A DNA stretch of 64,000 nt from Anaerohalosphaeraceae bacterium. Its GTDB lineage: Bacteria > Planctomycetota > Phycisphaerae > Sedimentisphaerales > Anaerohalosphaeraceae. The notes under the pieces were generated by a model. The model did not search any database. It saw nothing but the letters and a program-made list of their open reading frames with translations, and had not been told where the DNA came from. Shown one piece after another: positions 40,120-49,872 of the stretch. Position 1 is the first letter of the stretch; each line of letters opens with the position of its first letter. A program made the translations under genes and the position numbers. The stretch is from NCBI GenBank assembly GCA_963675525.2, contig CAXXSL010000016.1, positions 384,001-448,000 on the forward strand, given 5' to 3'.

Positions 40120-40614
40120 GTGAGAAAAAAAGAAAAGCAGAACAGTAAAACAACGGATAAAACGAGAATTCTGATCGTCGATAACCACCCTGTCGTACGT
40201 GAGGGATTAACACAGATTATTAATCGAGAAATGGATCTTCGGGTATGTGCCGAAGCCGGAACGATGGAAGAGGCCGTTAAAGCTGTTAAGAAACAGAAAA
40301 TCGATCTGGCTCTTGTGGATATGCTGCTTGATAGTACAACCGGGATACAGGTCATAAAAAAGATAAAAAACTTATGTCCGGATCTCATTACTCTTGTCTT
40401 TTCTATGAGCGACAACCCTCAATACGTGAAACAAGCCATTGAGGCAGGGTCAAGGGGATATATGACGAAAGATGAGATTTCTGAAGATATTGTAATGGCT
40501 ATTCGTCAGGTACTCAAAGGACAGATATACCTCAGTAGCAGATTGCTCAAGAATATCCCAAAAAGAGAACTCGATGGCCTTTGGGTTGGCACGATTGAAG
40601 AAGGTTGTGATTAA
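40120..40614 (+). CDS. NarL-like response regulator receiver lacking the LuxR HTH
   Basis: ILIVDNHPVVREGL, LVDM, FSM, GYMTK, AIRQVLKGQIYLS, then ends. Confidence 0.8.
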   Translation: MRKKEKQNSKTTDKTRILIVDNHPVVREGLTQIINREMDLRVCAEAGTMEEAVKAVKKQKIDLALVDMLLDSTTGIQVIKKIKNLCPDLITLVFSMSDNPQYVKQAIEAGSRGYMTKDEISEDIVMAIRQVLKGQIYLSSRLLKNIPKRELDGLWVGTIEEGCD

Positions 40615-40660
40615 AACACAACGTTCAGGGAGATAAAATATAAATCATACAGAAACGAGT

Positions 40661-40900
40661 TTGGTAAAGGTTCGTTTATTCAATGTCGTAAACAATCAAC
40701 AGTGTCCGCAATGCCGCAACCGGATGAAAGAAACAAACAGACGGAAAGAAGGCTCTGTTACGTATGTGCGGCTTGGGTGCGTTAAAGCAGATTGCGATGG
40801 TCAGTGGATGCAATTGTATGTAAACGTACAGCCAAGGCGATTTGAGAAAACTGTGCATAAGGAGGAACGCCATGAAGTTATTCAAGTCAAACCGGGTTAA
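40661..40900 (+). CDS. Small Cys4 zinc-ribbon hypothetical protein
   Basis: CPQC...CVKADCDGQW. Confidence 0.55.
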   Translation: MVKVRLFNVVNNQQCPQCRNRMKETNRRKEGSVTYVRLGCVKADCDGQWMQLYVNVQPRRFEKTVHKEERHEVIQVKPG

Positions 40901-41270
40901 GCAACCGAAAATGATGAATGAAAATAAAAACCTCGTCATCAATGAGCTTTCGGAGAATGAACTGTTGATTCGCTATCGAAACGGTGACGAAGACGCCTTT
41001 CGCGAAGTAGTAACCCGTTATAAGAAGCCGCTTTACACATTTCTTCGACGGTTTACCAATGATCTAAGAGTGGCCGAAGACGTCTTTCAGGAAGCGTTTC
41101 TGCAACTCTATTCCAGCCAGGACCGCTTTGATACAAATCGACCGCTAAGGCCCTGGCTATTCTCCATCGCCGCCAACAAAGCCAACGACGCCCTGCAAAA
41201 GATGCAACGTCAATCCACCATAAGCATGAGCACCTTTTCTGATGAGGATGGATATCTGAAGAAATTGTAA
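40872..41270 (+). pseudogene. Truncated ECF sigma factor (region 2 only)
   Basis: GDEDAFREVVTRY, AEDVFQEAFLQL, RPWLFSIAAN; stops before region 4 where a duplicated segment begins; AAGGAGG RBS. Confidence 0.8.
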
Positions 41271-41460
41271 AGGCTATTCGTCGGGGACTCAAAGGGCAAC
41301 TATACATAAGCGGCAAATTGCTTAAGAATCTATCAACATAAGAGATCGATGGCCTTTTGGCTGACAGGGTTTAAAGGTCTTGTGATTAAAACACAACGTT
41401 CAGGGAGATAAAATATAAATAATACAGAAACGAGCTTGGCAACCATTCGTTTATTTGAAT
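41247..41460 (+). repeat. Degenerate direct duplicate of 40471-40684
   Basis: Encodes ISEEIVKAIRRGLKGQLYIS (vs ISEDIVMAIRQVLKGQIYLS); the block 41380-41434 matches 40605-40659 at 54/55 nt. Confidence 0.9.
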
Positions 41461-41529
41461 TAGTTATGGGGAGAAATAAAATTAGACATACAGAAACAAC
41501 TTATATCTCTAGTTTCAGTACATAAACCG

Positions 41530-41691
41530 CTATTTGCCGACATGTCTGTATGGTTTGTGCTTTTCTTCGGGGGAAACCTGCTCCTGATGGACACGGCAGT
41601 ATGTTTGGTGATTGTATATACTCAATAAACGATGACAGTCCGGAAACTTGCATCGTCTACCTTCGGCGGATGTCTTCAGTATTTTTGTCAT
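41530..41691 (-). CDS. Small Cys/His-rich protein (53 aa), below the ORF-track cutoff
   Basis: MTKILKTSAEGRRCKFPDCHRLLSIYNHQTYCRVHQEQ...; AAAGGA RBS; TGGTATACT extended -10 at about 41776-41784. Confidence 0.7.
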   Translation of the reverse strand: MTKILKTSAEGRRCKFPDCHRLLSIYNHQTYCRVHQEQVSPEEKHKPYRHVGK

Positions 41692-42083
41692 GGGCATTCC
41701 TTTCACGGAGGCTACCCGGCCGGTGCTTGACGGACGGGTACTTCCGAACCATCTGGACCGGATCTTTAAACCTTCAGTATACCACAGATTTCTCCAAACC
41801 TCTCAAGTATTCCGCAGGAGGTGGAATGATTTCCGCTTTCTTGCCATTTGCGGCGCCCCACAGAAAGAGAAAAAACAACTTTTTGAGGCCTTAAAGACAG
41901 TATAGGGGCGTTTTGGAGTCCGTTTTGAAGGGCCGAAAAAAAGTTAAATATATTTTTCCTCTCCCGGTAGAATCCTTCCGATTGACACAAATCGAAAGAT
42001 CGTTTAACCGCATCCATAAATACTCCGGCTGCCGATTTTGTGGGGCTGGACAAACGGCAGCGGATTGGTATAATGCTAACCGT

Positions 42084-43142
42084 ATGACGGATCGAAAACT
42101 TAAACTCGCGGCGATTGGATTAACCGAACAGGCCGAAAGGCTACTGGACATTGCCTGGGAGAGCGATTTCTACGAGATCGTCGCCGTGGGCGATGAACGG
42201 GCCGAGCGGGCCGAGAAATTCGCTCGGAAATATGAATGCCCTCCCTTTACGGACCACCGCCAACTGATCGTTCAGACCGAAACGGATTTTCTTCTGTTCG
42301 GGGCACCGGTTCATTTATGTGCTGAATTTATCCGGCTGGGTATTCAGCAAAAACGCCATATCCTGAAAATCCTTCCGCCCGCATTGGATTTTGAACAGCT
42401 TGCGGAGTTTTACCGGTCATCGCAAAAAGAAGACGTCCTTTTCATCACCATGCAACAGAGCCGGTTCGGTCTGCCGTTTCAGCATATCCGCCAATATTTA
42501 ATAAATCCCCAACCTGAGCAAACATGGCATATGATTTCGGCGGTCTGCCATAAACCCATGGGACAGATCGATCCGAATATGCGATGGCTCAACGACCCCA
42601 AAACGGCCGGCGGTGGCGTTTTGCTGCAGAACTGCTACGACCTGATTGATGAACTGGTGCTTTGCTTCGGCCTGCCGCAGCGGGTCTTTGCCCTGACCAT
42701 CAACCAGGCCCCCGACAAACAGCAGCGGTTGAGCCTGACCGAAGATACGGCCATCATCACTATGCAGTTTTCGGATAACCTGATCGCGCAGTTATGTTCC
42801 AGCCGGACACTGGGTCCGGCAAGAAGGCATTTAAGGGTCCACGGCAAACTCCAGCATCTGACCGCGACCGAAGATGAGGTTGTCATCTATGATAACGAAG
42901 GCAGTCTGCTGCAAAAGCAGGAGTATCCGCAGGACGAAATTCCGTCACAGGAACGAATGCTCGAAAATCTGGCGTTGAGCCTGCTTGAGACCAAAACGCA
43001 TGCGCTTTATCCGCCCTACGGCAGCGACCTGAAAACCTTTGCGGTGATCGAAGCCGCGTATCTGTCGAATCGAACCGGAATGCCGGAAGAACCCTCGCGA
43101 ATCCTCAATCTGGCGGGGTTTGACCCGGCAGGACCGCTGTGA
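42084..43142 (+). CDS. Gfo/Idh/MocA-family oxidoreductase (divergent)
   Basis: KLKLAAIGL, EIVAVGD, AGGGVLLQNCYD, EDTA; likely start MTDRK. Confidence 0.8.
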   Translation: MTDRKLKLAAIGLTEQAERLLDIAWESDFYEIVAVGDERAERAEKFARKYECPPFTDHRQLIVQTETDFLLFGAPVHLCAEFIRLGIQQKRHILKILPPALDFEQLAEFYRSSQKEDVLFITMQQSRFGLPFQHIRQYLINPQPEQTWHMISAVCHKPMGQIDPNMRWLNDPKTAGGGVLLQNCYDLIDELVLCFGLPQRVFALTINQAPDKQQRLSLTEDTAIITMQFSDNLIAQLCSSRTLGPARRHLRVHGKLQHLTATEDEVVIYDNEGSLLQKQEYPQDEIPSQERMLENLALSLLETKTHALYPPYGSDLKTFAVIEAAYLSNRTGMPEEPSRILNLAGFDPAGPL

Positions 43143-43208
43143 AGCAATTAAGAACCGTCTGATTTTATGTTTAAAGTCGACACGAAATCTTATATGAACG
43201 CATAACAA

Positions 43209-43763
43209 ATGCAGAATAGAATAAGAATCATCATCTGTTGGGGGATCGGGATATTCCGAAAATGGGGAGTCGCTTTTTTGGGTGGACTTGGTTTTGCAGT
43301 CCTCTGTTTTTTAGCAATCAATGCAGCAATGGAGCCGGTCTCGACCAATGCCTACTGCGGCACCGCCTGCCATGAAATGAACACCGCCTATCAAACATGG
43401 GAATTATCCGTTCACGGCAGTAATCAGGATGGCATCACTGTCGGTTGCGTCGATTGCCATTTGCCGCCCAAAGAAAAGTATTTCACCCATTTGACGGCTA
43501 AAGCATACGCCGGCGCCAAAGATCTCTATAAGCATCACTTCGGGCCGCCATACGATGTCTCTGCCATCCGGCAAAAGGTCTTCGATCATATGGGTAATGA
43601 AACCTGTACTCACTGCCACAATAATCTACTATTCAAACCCAGCAGTGCCAAATCGAGATTGGCACATCAGGCGGCTTTACAGGAACCTGAAAAGCCCGAA
43701 AACAAATGCATTGAATGTCATCTGTCAGGACACATTCGAGATACCTATCTTTTTTCTCCCTAA
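43209..43763 (+). CDS. NapC/NirT-family membrane tetraheme cytochrome c
   Basis: One TM helix; CGTACHEM, CVDCHLP, CTHCH, CIECH. Confidence 0.9.
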   Translation: MQNRIRIIICWGIGIFRKWGVAFLGGLGFAVLCFLAINAAMEPVSTNAYCGTACHEMNTAYQTWELSVHGSNQDGITVGCVDCHLPPKEKYFTHLTAKAYAGAKDLYKHHFGPPYDVSAIRQKVFDHMGNETCTHCHNNLLFKPSSAKSRLAHQAALQEPEKPENKCIECHLSGHIRDTYLFSP

Positions 43764-43781
43764 AACAAAAGGAGGTTGACC

Positions 43782-45134
43782 ATGAAAACGAGAATTAAAT
43801 TGTCGATCGCATGCCTGCTTTTATTTGTGACGGCTCTGCTTCCTGTTCGCACCAGTTGTTCAGCACCGGAAAGTAAGCCCCCGGTACTCAAAGAATACCG
43901 AATCGAACGCAATCTCACTGATGATGCTCGTGAGTGTATTGACTGCCACGCCAAAGAGAGCAGGGGAATCGTTGCTGACTGGGCCGATAGTCGCCACGCG
44001 CATATTAACGTCACCTGCCTTGACTGTCACGGGGCCGGTGCCGCTGATGCCGACATCAGCAAGGTCCACCTTGAATATGATAAAACACCGGTCAGCGCGA
44101 TCGTCTCCCCGCGGGATTGTTCCCGCTGTCATCCATCTGAAGCGGCGGAATATGACCGCAGCAAACACGCTCAAACACTGGACATTGTCTGGAAACTCGA
44201 CCCCTGGATGAACGACGGGATGAACAGCACGAATGAACGGGTCACCGGCTGCCAGCATTGTCACGGCAGTGTTGTCAAAGTAACGGATGGGGTCTTCGAT
44301 GCGGATACCTGGCCGAATGTCGGCGTCGGACGCATCAATCCGGACGGCAGCAAAGGCAGTTGCAGTAGTTGCCACACCCGTCATAAGTTTTCCATGGCTG
44401 AGGCCCGTAAGCCCGAAACCTGCGGACAGTGCCACCTTGGACCGGACCATCCGCAGGCGGAGATCTACAATGAATCCAAACATGGAGCTATCTACGCCGC
44501 AGAAGGTGATGCGTGGAAATGGGATGCCGCACCCGGAACATGGACAGCAGGTGTCGATTATCGAACGCCGACCTGTGCGGTCTGTCACATGTCCCAAGTC
44601 AACGGGGTGGCCGGTACCCACGATGTCACTGAACGATTAGCATGGGAAACCCAGGCGCCGCTGACGATTCGGCCCGGTGATTTTAAACCGCTGCCGGCTA
44701 AAACGGACTGGAAAACCGAACGTAAAAAGATGGAAACAGTGTGCCTGGCTTGTCATTCCCCCGCATGGGTCAAGGGACATTTTGAACATTTTGACGCGGC
44801 GGTCGAGAATTACAATGAGACATATTTTAAGCCGATGAAGAAAATCATGGATGAGCTTTATGAAAAGAAGCTGCTTAGCAAAGACAAAAATCTTGACGAA
44901 AAGCTTGAATATGAATATTACGAACTGTGGCACCATGAAGGACGGCGGGCACGATTTGGGGCAGCCATGATGGCACCGGATTACGCGTGGTGGCATGGAT
45001 TTTATGAACTCAAAAAACGCTGTATGGAGATCGAGGCAGAGGCCGACGAACTCCTGAATAGCGGCAAACCGGCCAGGGTTTTTGACATCAAAGGCGCCAC
45101 GGGTGACACGACAAAACCGGGCTCGATCAAGTAA
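43782..45134 (+). CDS. Octaheme cytochrome c, hydroxylamine oxidoreductase-like (epsilon-Hao type)
   Basis: Signal peptide; 8 CxxCH; GVGRINPDGSKG, CHLGPDHPQ.EIY.ESKHG, WHHEGRR, APDYAWWHG. Confidence 0.9.
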   Translation: MKTRIKLSIACLLLFVTALLPVRTSCSAPESKPPVLKEYRIERNLTDDARECIDCHAKESRGIVADWADSRHAHINVTCLDCHGAGAADADISKVHLEYDKTPVSAIVSPRDCSRCHPSEAAEYDRSKHAQTLDIVWKLDPWMNDGMNSTNERVTGCQHCHGSVVKVTDGVFDADTWPNVGVGRINPDGSKGSCSSCHTRHKFSMAEARKPETCGQCHLGPDHPQAEIYNESKHGAIYAAEGDAWKWDAAPGTWTAGVDYRTPTCAVCHMSQVNGVAGTHDVTERLAWETQAPLTIRPGDFKPLPAKTDWKTERKKMETVCLACHSPAWVKGHFEHFDAAVENYNETYFKPMKKIMDELYEKKLLSKDKNLDEKLEYEYYELWHHEGRRARFGAAMMAPDYAWWHGFYELKKRCMEIEAEADELLNSGKPARVFDIKGATGDTTKPGSIK

Positions 45135-45143
45135 ACGAAGAAA

Positions 45144-46190
45144 TCAGTCCTGATTTTGTTTTTCTTCGCCTGGGGTTTCAGGCAGCTTTATGCGAAGTCC
45201 GTCGTCGGCATCTTCCAACTCATGCAGGCGGGCGCGGGAGTCAGGGCTCATAGTGGGTCGATGCACCACCAGCATCAACCGCCCGTCGAACGTGGTGAAG
45301 ATCATGCCGTGCCCGCTGTCGTCAGTCAATAAAGGTTCAGCCTGACGCCAGGGTCCCGCTAATCGGCCGGACAAAGAATAAGCCATCGTCTGAGCATATT
45401 TCTTGTTCTCCTGCCAACTGGACCAGAGCATCAGCAGTTTGCCTGCCTTCGTGCGATAGAAAAAACATCCATCGCTGACAAATTCCCGCGGCGTATCATC
45501 TGGCTTGGCCTGCCAGGGAGTAATCCACGGCGCATCAGATGCACGGAACAACAATATCGGCTTGCCCACCGTACCGGATAAATCCGGCTTTAACTGAATC
45601 GCTTCGAACGTTCCATTAATCACCTGAATCCACTCATGGCAATAGACCATCCAGGGCACATCATTCTCAACAAACAGCGTCCCGTCCAGCGTCATCATGT
45701 CTTTGGGCGTGGTCGGCCGGTCAGCCATGGCCTCAAACGGGCCGGTCGGAGAGTCACTGACGAAAATCTGCGTTCCCCGCATGTGCGTCAACCGCCAGCT
45801 TTCGGGAGGTTCGGCAATGGTCTTATCGCGATTATGCAGGGTCACGAACAGGTAGTATTTGTCCTTATACAGATGCACTTCCGGTGCCCACGCTCCGTGT
45901 GCGGGATTGGCCCAGCCGTCCTCGGGTACTTTAAACACCACCTGCGGCCCTTCCCAGGTCTGTAAATCTTTACTGGTATAGGCCACCACCCCGGCCTGCC
46001 GCCGCGGCAATGCACCGGAGGTCACACTGGTATACAGATAATAAGTCTGGTTTTTCGCATCGGCCAGAATAAACGGGTCATGGGCCCGAAAATCTTCTAA
46101 TTTTCGGCTTTCTGCTGCGGCAACGGAAACCATAATACTGATAACACTGTACGATAAGACCTTTATGATAAAGATGTTTGATATTCGCAT
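45144..46190 (-). CDS. Glycoside hydrolase family 43
   Basis: AHDPFI, WAPEV, TLDGTLF, MVYCHEW, DSGHGMIF; signal peptide. Confidence 0.9.
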   Translation of the reverse strand: MRISNIFIIKVLSYSVISIMVSVAAAESRKLEDFRAHDPFILADAKNQTYYLYTSVTSGALPRRQAGVVAYTSKDLQTWEGPQVVFKVPEDGWANPAHGAWAPEVHLYKDKYYLFVTLHNRDKTIAEPPESWRLTHMRGTQIFVSDSPTGPFEAMADRPTTPKDMMTLDGTLFVENDVPWMVYCHEWIQVINGTFEAIQLKPDLSGTVGKPILLFRASDAPWITPWQAKPDDTPREFVSDGCFFYRTKAGKLLMLWSSWQENKKYAQTMAYSLSGRLAGPWRQAEPLLTDDSGHGMIFTTFDGRLMLVVHRPTMSPDSRARLHELEDADDGLRIKLPETPGEEKQNQD

Positions 46191-46355
46191 ATATTTCCTT
46201 TTTGCTTTCTATTCGGCCTTTCCATTATACTGTATCATTTACAGATGTCACCCCTGTAGTCTTCTCATAATACAAACGATAAGTATATTTCATAATTTTT
46301 CCTTGAAAGCCGCTGTTTTTTGTACTATAAATGCGGGTTTAATGTCTCGGCAGGT

Positions 46356-46640
46356 ATGAATAAAGATACAAACAATTGTTCCGGATGTGACCAAAAAGAC
46401 CGTTGCGGGCTGGCTTTTGAGAAATTAGGCAAATCCAAGGGTCCCAATGTGGTTTGGAACGTGATTGTGGCGTTTTTAACGCCTATTTTGGTATTTATCC
46501 TTTCCCTTGCCGGGTCAAATAAGTTCTTAGAAGACCAATTCCAAGGAAATATGCTGACCATTGTCACTTTTTCGGCGGCAATGGTTATAACGCTGCTCGT
46601 TATCGTTTTAATCCGGGCGGTTCGACGTCCAATTAAATAA
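46356..46640 (+). CDS. RseC/MucC-like small membrane protein heading the rnf operon
   Basis: CSGCDQKDRC then 2 TM helices (AFLTPILVF). Confidence 0.65.
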   Translation: MNKDTNNCSGCDQKDRCGLAFEKLGKSKGPNVVWNVIVAFLTPILVFILSLAGSNKFLEDQFQGNMLTIVTFSAAMVITLLVIVLIRAVRRPIK

Positions 46641-46669
46641 TAAAAGAACCTGTAATAAAGGTACGTTTC

Positions 46670-48043
46670 ATGTTGGAGATTCGCGGCAAATTGACATTTC
46701 CGGGCGGGACCCACCCGCCGGAAAATAAGCAGTTCAGTGAAAATCGCCTGATTGAGGTCGTCCCCGTCCCCAAACAGGTCGCGGTTCTGTTAAGCCAGCA
46801 CCTTGGAGCCGTTTGTGTGCCGACGGTGGCTAAAAAGGACACAGTTACGGCCGGTCAGGTCATCGGAAAATCGGACGCATTTGTCTCGGCTCCGATTCAC
46901 TCGCCGGTCAATGGAACGGTCAAGGACATTACGCTGCTGCCGCACCCGGTCATCGGACGCACCATGGGTGTTATCATTGATGTTGCCGAAGAAGGGAATG
47001 AACCAAAACAGCCGGTGAACACTCAATTCGATAAAAATTTTGCCCCGAACAACTATACGGTTGAGCAAATCTGCAAGGCCGTGAAGGAAGCGGGTATTGT
47101 CGGCATGGGTGGTGCGGGATTTCCCACACAGGTTAAAATCGAACCGAACCCGCGGCTGCCGAAAAAAGTGTTGATCATCAATGCCTGTGAGTGTGAACCG
47201 TTTATCACCTGTGATTACCGGGTCATGCTGGAGTGGACATGGCAGATGCTGGCGGGGATTCGGCTGGCGGCGAAAGCGGCTGAATGCGACAAAATTCGCA
47301 TCGGTATCGAGGACAATAAGCCGCAGGCAATACAAGTCATAACCAACGCTATTAAGGAACTTGACCGAGCCGGCGATCTGCAGGTCGTTCCGGTCAAGAC
47401 CAAATATCCCCAGGGCGGCGAACGACAGCTCATTAAATCCGTTCTGGGTAAAACCGTTCCCTCCGGCAGTATTCCGCCAACCATTGGGATCTGTGTACTG
47501 AATGTGGCAACGTGTGCGGCCATCGCCGAGGCGGTTTCTATCGGCAATCCCCTGACACATCGGGTGGTTACGGTCGCCGGATGTGCGATTTCAAAACCCG
47601 GCAACTACTACGTTCCGATCGGGATGCGCGTGGAAGACCTTATCGCTCATTGCGGCGGACTGACCGAAACGGCCGCCAAGGTCGTCATGGGCGGCCCGAT
47701 GATGGGATTTGCTATCGCGGATCTATCGACACCGTTAACGAAAACAAGCGGCGCCTTGACCTTCCTGACCAAAGCCGCGGTGACACGTGCCAAACATGAA
47801 AAACAGCAGACACCTTGTATTCGTTGCGGGCGATGTCTGGCCGTTTGTCCTGAACATCTGAACCCAACAAAGATCGCTCATGCCGTCAAACATTTTCAAA
47901 TGGACATCGCCGAACAATATTATTTGTCAAGCTGCATTGAATGCGGGTGCTGCAGTTATGTCTGTCCGGCTAATATTGAAATTACCGGGTATATCAAAAC
48001 GGGTAAGATACTAAAAGCCCGTGCGAAAAAGAGATTGGGGTAA
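46670..48043 (+). CDS. rnfC: Rnf complex subunit C
   Basis: GIVGMGGAGFPT, NACECEPFIT, KYPQGGERQL, CIRCGRC...CP, CIECGCC..CP. Confidence 0.96.
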   Translation: MLEIRGKLTFPGGTHPPENKQFSENRLIEVVPVPKQVAVLLSQHLGAVCVPTVAKKDTVTAGQVIGKSDAFVSAPIHSPVNGTVKDITLLPHPVIGRTMGVIIDVAEEGNEPKQPVNTQFDKNFAPNNYTVEQICKAVKEAGIVGMGGAGFPTQVKIEPNPRLPKKVLIINACECEPFITCDYRVMLEWTWQMLAGIRLAAKAAECDKIRIGIEDNKPQAIQVITNAIKELDRAGDLQVVPVKTKYPQGGERQLIKSVLGKTVPSGSIPPTIGICVLNVATCAAIAEAVSIGNPLTHRVVTVAGCAISKPGNYYVPIGMRVEDLIAHCGGLTETAAKVVMGGPMMGFAIADLSTPLTKTSGALTFLTKAAVTRAKHEKQQTPCIRCGRCLAVCPEHLNPTKIAHAVKHFQMDIAEQYYLSSCIECGCCSYVCPANIEITGYIKTGKILKARAKKRLG

Positions 48044-48077
48044 AAAGGTATCGCCGCTGGCGATGGCTGTTTAAATA

Positions 48078-48103
48078 GATTCTTCGCTTCGCTCAGAATG
48101 ACA
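48078..48103. repeat. GTCA-type palindromic repeat
   Basis: agattcttcgcttcgctcagaatgac; related copies at 34049-34076 and 34698-34721. Confidence 0.6.
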
Positions 48104-48158
48104 CGGGGCGCAGTCGAAAATAACAGACGGAATGGAATAAACTAAGGAATTTAATTTA

Positions 48159-49169
48159 ATGTTAAGCAAAATAACAGTTTCGCCGGCACCGCACATCAGC
48201 CAGAAATTGTCGACGCGCGGTGTGATGGGAGATGTCATCATCGGACTGGCGCCGGCCATGGCTGCGGCGGTCTGGTTTTTCCGGATTAAGGCGGTTGGCG
48301 TCATTGCCGCCTGTGTCATATCCTGTATGGTTTTTGAATGGCTGTGCAATGTCATCCGCAAAAAACCAAATTCACTCGGCGATCTCAGCGCCGTTGTGAC
48401 AGGGCTGATCTTAGCATTTTCGCTGCCGCCGACGGCCCCGTGGTGGATGTGTATCATCGGCAGTGGATTCGCCATTGTCATATGCAAAATGCTGTTCGGC
48501 GGTCTGGGTTACAATGTTTTTAATCCCGCCATGGCTGCCCGTGCGTTTTTGACCGCTTCGTTTGGAATGCTGATGACAACATGGACCGTGCCGGCAACGG
48601 TTGACGCACAGATGCCGCAAATCAGTGCGACCAATACTGTCGCGGTCACGCAGGCAACACCGCTGGCATGGGCCAAAAGCGCTATCAAAGGCAAGGCCGA
48701 TATTATCAAGGTCAACGCCATGCTCAAGAGCACTTTTCTGGGCAATGTCGGCGGGTGTCTGGGCGAAACCAGTTCACTGGCTCTGCTGATCGGCGGCGTG
48801 TACCTGTTGATACGACGAACCATCACGTTTCATATTCCGGCGGCGGTCTTAATCGCCGCATTTGTCCTTGCCGAAATCTTTTATCTCATCGACCCGGTCA
48901 AATACAGTATTCCGCTTGTGCAGTTATGCGGCGGGGGCATGCTGATTTGTGCGTTCTTTATCGCCACGGACCCGGTGACCGCCCCGCTCAGTGCTAAAGG
49001 CATGTGGATATTCGGTTTCGGCGTCGGGGCTTTGATCATGCTGATTCGTTTTGTCGGTGAATACCCCGAAGGTGTGATGTATGCGATATTGATTATGAAC
49101 GCGGTATCGCCGTTGATCGATCGGGCCTGTAAACTGGTGCCCGCGGGAGGCAAACCCCATGTCCAATAA
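48159..49169 (+). CDS. rnfD: Rnf complex subunit D
   Basis: SPAPHI, FGGLGYNVFNPA, TQATPL (FMN-Thr), GCLGETS, IATDPVT, YPEGV. Confidence 0.96.
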   Translation: MLSKITVSPAPHISQKLSTRGVMGDVIIGLAPAMAAAVWFFRIKAVGVIAACVISCMVFEWLCNVIRKKPNSLGDLSAVVTGLILAFSLPPTAPWWMCIIGSGFAIVICKMLFGGLGYNVFNPAMAARAFLTASFGMLMTTWTVPATVDAQMPQISATNTVAVTQATPLAWAKSAIKGKADIIKVNAMLKSTFLGNVGGCLGETSSLALLIGGVYLLIRRTITFHIPAAVLIAAFVLAEIFYLIDPVKYSIPLVQLCGGGMLICAFFIATDPVTAPLSAKGMWIFGFGVGALIMLIRFVGEYPEGVMYAILIMNAVSPLIDRACKLVPAGGKPHVQ

Positions 49170-49794
49170 TAAAACAAAAAATCCGATTCTCTTTTTTCTT
49201 GAGCAAAGCTGGCTGCTGATGGTTTCGGCAATTCTGTTCGGTGCCCTGCTGGCTTCGCTGAACTATGCCTGGCAGCCAAAAATCAAACAAAATGAAATTG
49301 ATAAATTTAACCGTCTGGCGGGCGGGCTTTTAACCAAAGCGGAAACCTTTGAGACCGCACTGGAAAACATCCCGGTCGATATCGGAAAAGGAAAAACCTA
49401 TAACGTCGAAGTCAAAAAAGGGCTGGATGCCGACGGCAACCTGGTCGGCTGGGCATTTATCTGCGAAGGGTCGGGGTTTGCCGATAAAATCAAGCTGGTG
49501 GTCGGCGTCGATGCGGCATTTGAAAAAATGGCGGGCTTTGGCGTGTTGAGCAGTAATGAAACGCCGGGCTTTGGGGATAAAATTACGATCAAAGACGGTT
49601 TTTTCCAAAGCCAGTATAAAGGCGCACCGGTGGCGGAACTGACACTATCAAAAATCGGTGATGCTGATAAGATTGACAGTGAGATCATCGCTATCAGCGG
49701 TGCAACGGTGACCAGTGAGGCAGTTGTAAAAATATTCAATACGTTCCTGCTGCCGATTAAAGAGAATATGAAAGAAGCGGGGCTTTTAAAATAA
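49159..49794 (+). CDS. rnfG: Rnf complex subunit G
   Basis: ETPGFG, ISGATVTS FMN-binding motif. Confidence 0.93.
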   Translation: MSNNKTKNPILFFLEQSWLLMVSAILFGALLASLNYAWQPKIKQNEIDKFNRLAGGLLTKAETFETALENIPVDIGKGKTYNVEVKKGLDADGNLVGWAFICEGSGFADKIKLVVGVDAAFEKMAGFGVLSSNETPGFGDKITIKDGFFQSQYKGAPVAELTLSKIGDADKIDSEIIAISGATVTSEAVVKIFNTFLLPIKENMKEAGLLK

Positions 49795-49810
49795 GGCCGT
49801 CCGCGAGACG

Positions 49811-49838
49811 CTGGATTCCCGCTTTCGCGGGAATGACA
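49811..49838. repeat. ATTCCC-N8-GGGAAT (dRS3-like) palindrome
   Basis: ctggattcccgctttcgcgggaatgaca. Confidence 0.75.
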
Positions 49839-49872
49839 TTTTGAAAATACGCTGAATTTAAGGACAAAAGAG

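Noticed and set aside
43782..45134. Anammox or nitrifier HAO/HDH marker
   Set aside because: The short protein with an APDYAWWHG C-terminus and a NapC partner fits the reductive epsilon-Hao type; no other anammox or amo genes in the window
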